Positions 61,801 through 64,000 of a stretch of DNA of 64,000 nt are shown here, one piece after another. The notes under the pieces are model-generated. The model worked only from the letters and a program-made list of their open reading frames with translations, made no database searches and was not told the origin of the DNA. Position numbers and translations under genes: made by a program. Within the stretch, counting starts at the first letter, position 1. Each line of letters opens with the position of its first letter. The DNA comes from Antechinus flavipes (taxonomy: Eukaryota), in assembly GCF_016432865.1 (NCBI RefSeq), contig NC_067401.1:296980001-297044000 (forward strand), given 5' to 3'.

Positions 61801-61987
61801 TTATACTCTCAATTTTATTTTAGTCTAAAGCTATATTGAGCAATATGGTTTACACATATGTAGTTTCTTGATTTTTCTCTTTTTATTAAATTTGTAGAAC
61901 TTTTTGATTAATGTGACTTCATATAAGCTTACCAGAAGCTAGTCCATCTCCTTCCCCTGATAATCCTTTTCAATGAACTGTAAGTTT

Positions 61988-62245
61988 ATTGTTGTTCAAT
62001 TATTTTTCAGATACGTCTGATTCTTGGTGACTGAATTTTGAGTTTTCTTGGCAAAGATATTGGAGTGCTTTGCCATTTCCTTTCCAGCTCATTTTACAGA
62101 TGAGAAGCTGAGACAAATAGCATTAAGTGATCTGCCTAGGATCATACAGCTAGTATGTGTCTGAGGCCAGATTTAAACTCAGGTTAATGAGACTTCTTGA
62201 CTTTGGGTTCCACATTCTATCTACCTACTGTGGCTGCCTAACTGC
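61988..62245 (-). mobile_element. Mar1 SINE inserted about 12 bp from the ROS1 exon-36 donor
   Basis: TTTTCTTGGCAAAGATATTGGAG...TCATTTTACAGATGAG...GTGTCTGAGGCCAGATTT...GGCTGCC. Confidence 0.88.
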
Positions 62246-62257
62246 CTAAAGCTTTAC

Positions 62258-62419
62258 CTTCACTGCTATTAATGTCCCTGCTTCCAACACCTCAGATATC
62301 TTTTGCTGTCCCTACATACACCTCTCCAGAGACCCCCACTTCTCAGCAAGAGACACAAAATCAGTTTTTCCCAGGACACAGAAGAAACATATTTAATCTT
62401 ATGTTAGGTCAGAAGAGTA
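62258..62419 (-). pseudogene. ROS1: ROS1 pseudo-exon 36 (kinase subdomains I-II)
   Basis: Minus strand reads TLLT*HKIKYVSSVSWEKLILCLLLRSG(+1)VSGEVYVGTAKDI*GVGSRDI(-2)AVK|GTAAAG, versus human TLPTQEEIENLPAFPREKLTLRLLLGSGAFGEVYEGTAVDILGVGSGEIKVAVK. Acceptor is AT instead of AG. 162 nt = 163+1-2. Confidence 0.92.
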
Positions 62420-63164
62420 ATATTGATATTCTCTCAAGCATGTCTGATCCATATATTCATGGATGTATGTGTGTTAGTGTGCATCATGGGATCTTAAATT
62501 TAAAGCTGGTAAGCAATGAAGTGGAAACCAAGTCTTACCCTTTCACTTACATATGAGAAAAATGAGATGAATTGACTTACCTAAAGTCACAGAGCTACCA
62601 AGTATTTGTGGCAGTATTTGAACCCAGCTCTTTCTGACTTATACTAGTATGGTAGCTGTTGATACTGAGAGGGAGAAAAAGAGAATCTATCATTTGAAAT
62701 CCCCTGGCTTCCTGTCTTTACTCTATGCTTAGTCCTGCATTCTATGAAATAGAAGGATTCAGGAGCTATTCATTCTACTATCTATTCTGCATTTTATTAC
62801 TTGGGAAAGATAATGCTTTTTATTTTTTAGAAAATTTTTGCTTTCTGGTACCTTTGTTTTTGAAACCATCACGACAACAAAAAAGGAATATTCACAACGA
62901 TTTGCCTCATGTTGTTGTTACTAAGGGTCATTTTTCTTAGTAATATGTTGTTGATTGATATTAAGATTTTCCAATTTTCAGGTTTATATCTTTTTTTGTC
63001 AAAAATAATTCTACATGCCTCTACAATCTCTTAGCAATAAATAGAGCTGGATTAGCCCATGAAAAACCAAAATTCAAAAAAATAGAAATAATTGTGGAAA
63101 ACCCCAGTGGCTTCTGAATTACCTACTCTTCCAGCCATAGCAAGATTCCCTCATATATCTCTGT

Positions 63165-63465
63165 GTTTAATTGTTGCTTGCTTGGGAGAGGTGGGGTGGG
63201 GGGGAGAAGAATAAAAGGGAAAAAAAAGAATAAAGCAAAAAGTGTACACAGGGAACAAAAGAATAATCTACAAGGAAGTAAAGAAAAGATGGACAGTCAT
63301 GAATGTAGTGTCTTTTATTATTATATATGCTTTCTTGAAATGGAAATGTATTGTTACATATTTTTAATCCTCCCCGATGTTCTGCTGAATACATGGCTTT
63401 TTTTCCCTTTTTATGTCTTTCTTTTTCTGTTTTTTTTCTTATTTTGTATTTAGTTTTAAATAATT
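63165..63465 (+). mobile_element. L1 3'UTR fragment
   Basis: GGGAGAGGTGGGGTGGGGGGAG...GAAATGTATTGTTACATATTTT...CCTCCCCGATGTTCTGCTG. Confidence 0.6.
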
Positions 63466-64000
63466 TTAAAGGGAGTTTTTTTCCCTAATTAGTTCAGACA
63501 GCTCAGATGAGCTGAATATCTGTCTGTTCCACAGGTTTACAGTGAGGATGGATTTATTCATTCACTCATTCATGTGGAAAATGTTTAACGAGTTCTTTAC
63601 AAGGAAGTGCTATAGGATCTAAGGCATTGTGATATTTATTTTCTCAATCAGAAGTCACTTTTATATAACCTAGTTATTTCACCTATGTGCCTCCAAATTT
63701 TATTTTTTTTCAATTACCCTGGAAGTCAAGGTCTTGGTATGTCATCAAAAGTTCTTTTGTGAAAATGGATATTTATTCTAAAAATTCATCTCTACCAAAA
63801 AGGTTATCCTGGGAACAATATTGGTACTCTCAAAAAAAATGGATTTTAATGACATAATGATACCAGACAGTAGGAATTCCAATCTATTCAAATACTCTCA
63901 AATTCTACTGAGTATGCTATCTTTTCTTCTCTTCTCTCCTCTTGATATTTATCTCTCCAGCTTAGGATATAAAGCAATATATCCTAGGGAGAATATATTA

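Larger units (their letters stand above)
34255..62419 (-). pseudogene. ROS1: ROS1 receptor tyrosine kinase, decayed 3' portion (unitary pseudogene); continues beyond the window end
   Basis: Six collinear minus-strand exon remnants with ROS1-specific peptides. Exon lengths equal the recalled human lengths once indels are counted. Tail-to-tail with VGLL2, as in human. Multiple stops and frameshifts. Confidence 0.93.

Noticed and set aside
63040-63160. Possible ROS1 exon 35 remnant (CCTACTC..CAGCC)
   Set aside because: Too short and adjacent to an L1 insertion; exon 35 may lie beyond the window end.
1-64000. tRNA, rRNA, CRISPR or other prokaryotic systems
   Set aside because: Mammalian DNA. 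tRNA-like boxes occur only as SINE heads, and there is no repeat-spacer array.

Overview
Marsupial genomic DNA, probably an Australian lineage such as a dasyurid. This is inferred from Mar1- and WSINE1-type SINEs and marsupial L1 3' ends. The window is AT-rich and has two assembly gaps. It holds one intact gene, VGLL2 (+ strand, CDS exons 12618-12698, 15706-16012 and 18796-19341, with two alternative terminal acceptors at 20398 and 20549), inside a CpG-retaining domain. The main unexpected result is absent from the ORF track: six collinear minus-strand exon remnants of the ROS1 receptor tyrosine kinase (kinase domain and C-tail, 34255-62419), lying tail-to-tail with VGLL2 as in human. They carry many stops, frameshifts, destroyed splice acceptors and a mutated catalytic loop, so ROS1 appears to be a unitary pseudogene here. 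Also present are a processed REEP6 retrocopy inside the ROS1 remnant, two solo LTRs (one with about 29-bp terminal inverted repeats), hAT DNA-transposon relics, an L1 cluster, CR1/L3 fragments and many core SINEs. All comparisons to human and repeat-family sequences are recalled from memory, not computed; human ROS1 exon numbering is used.
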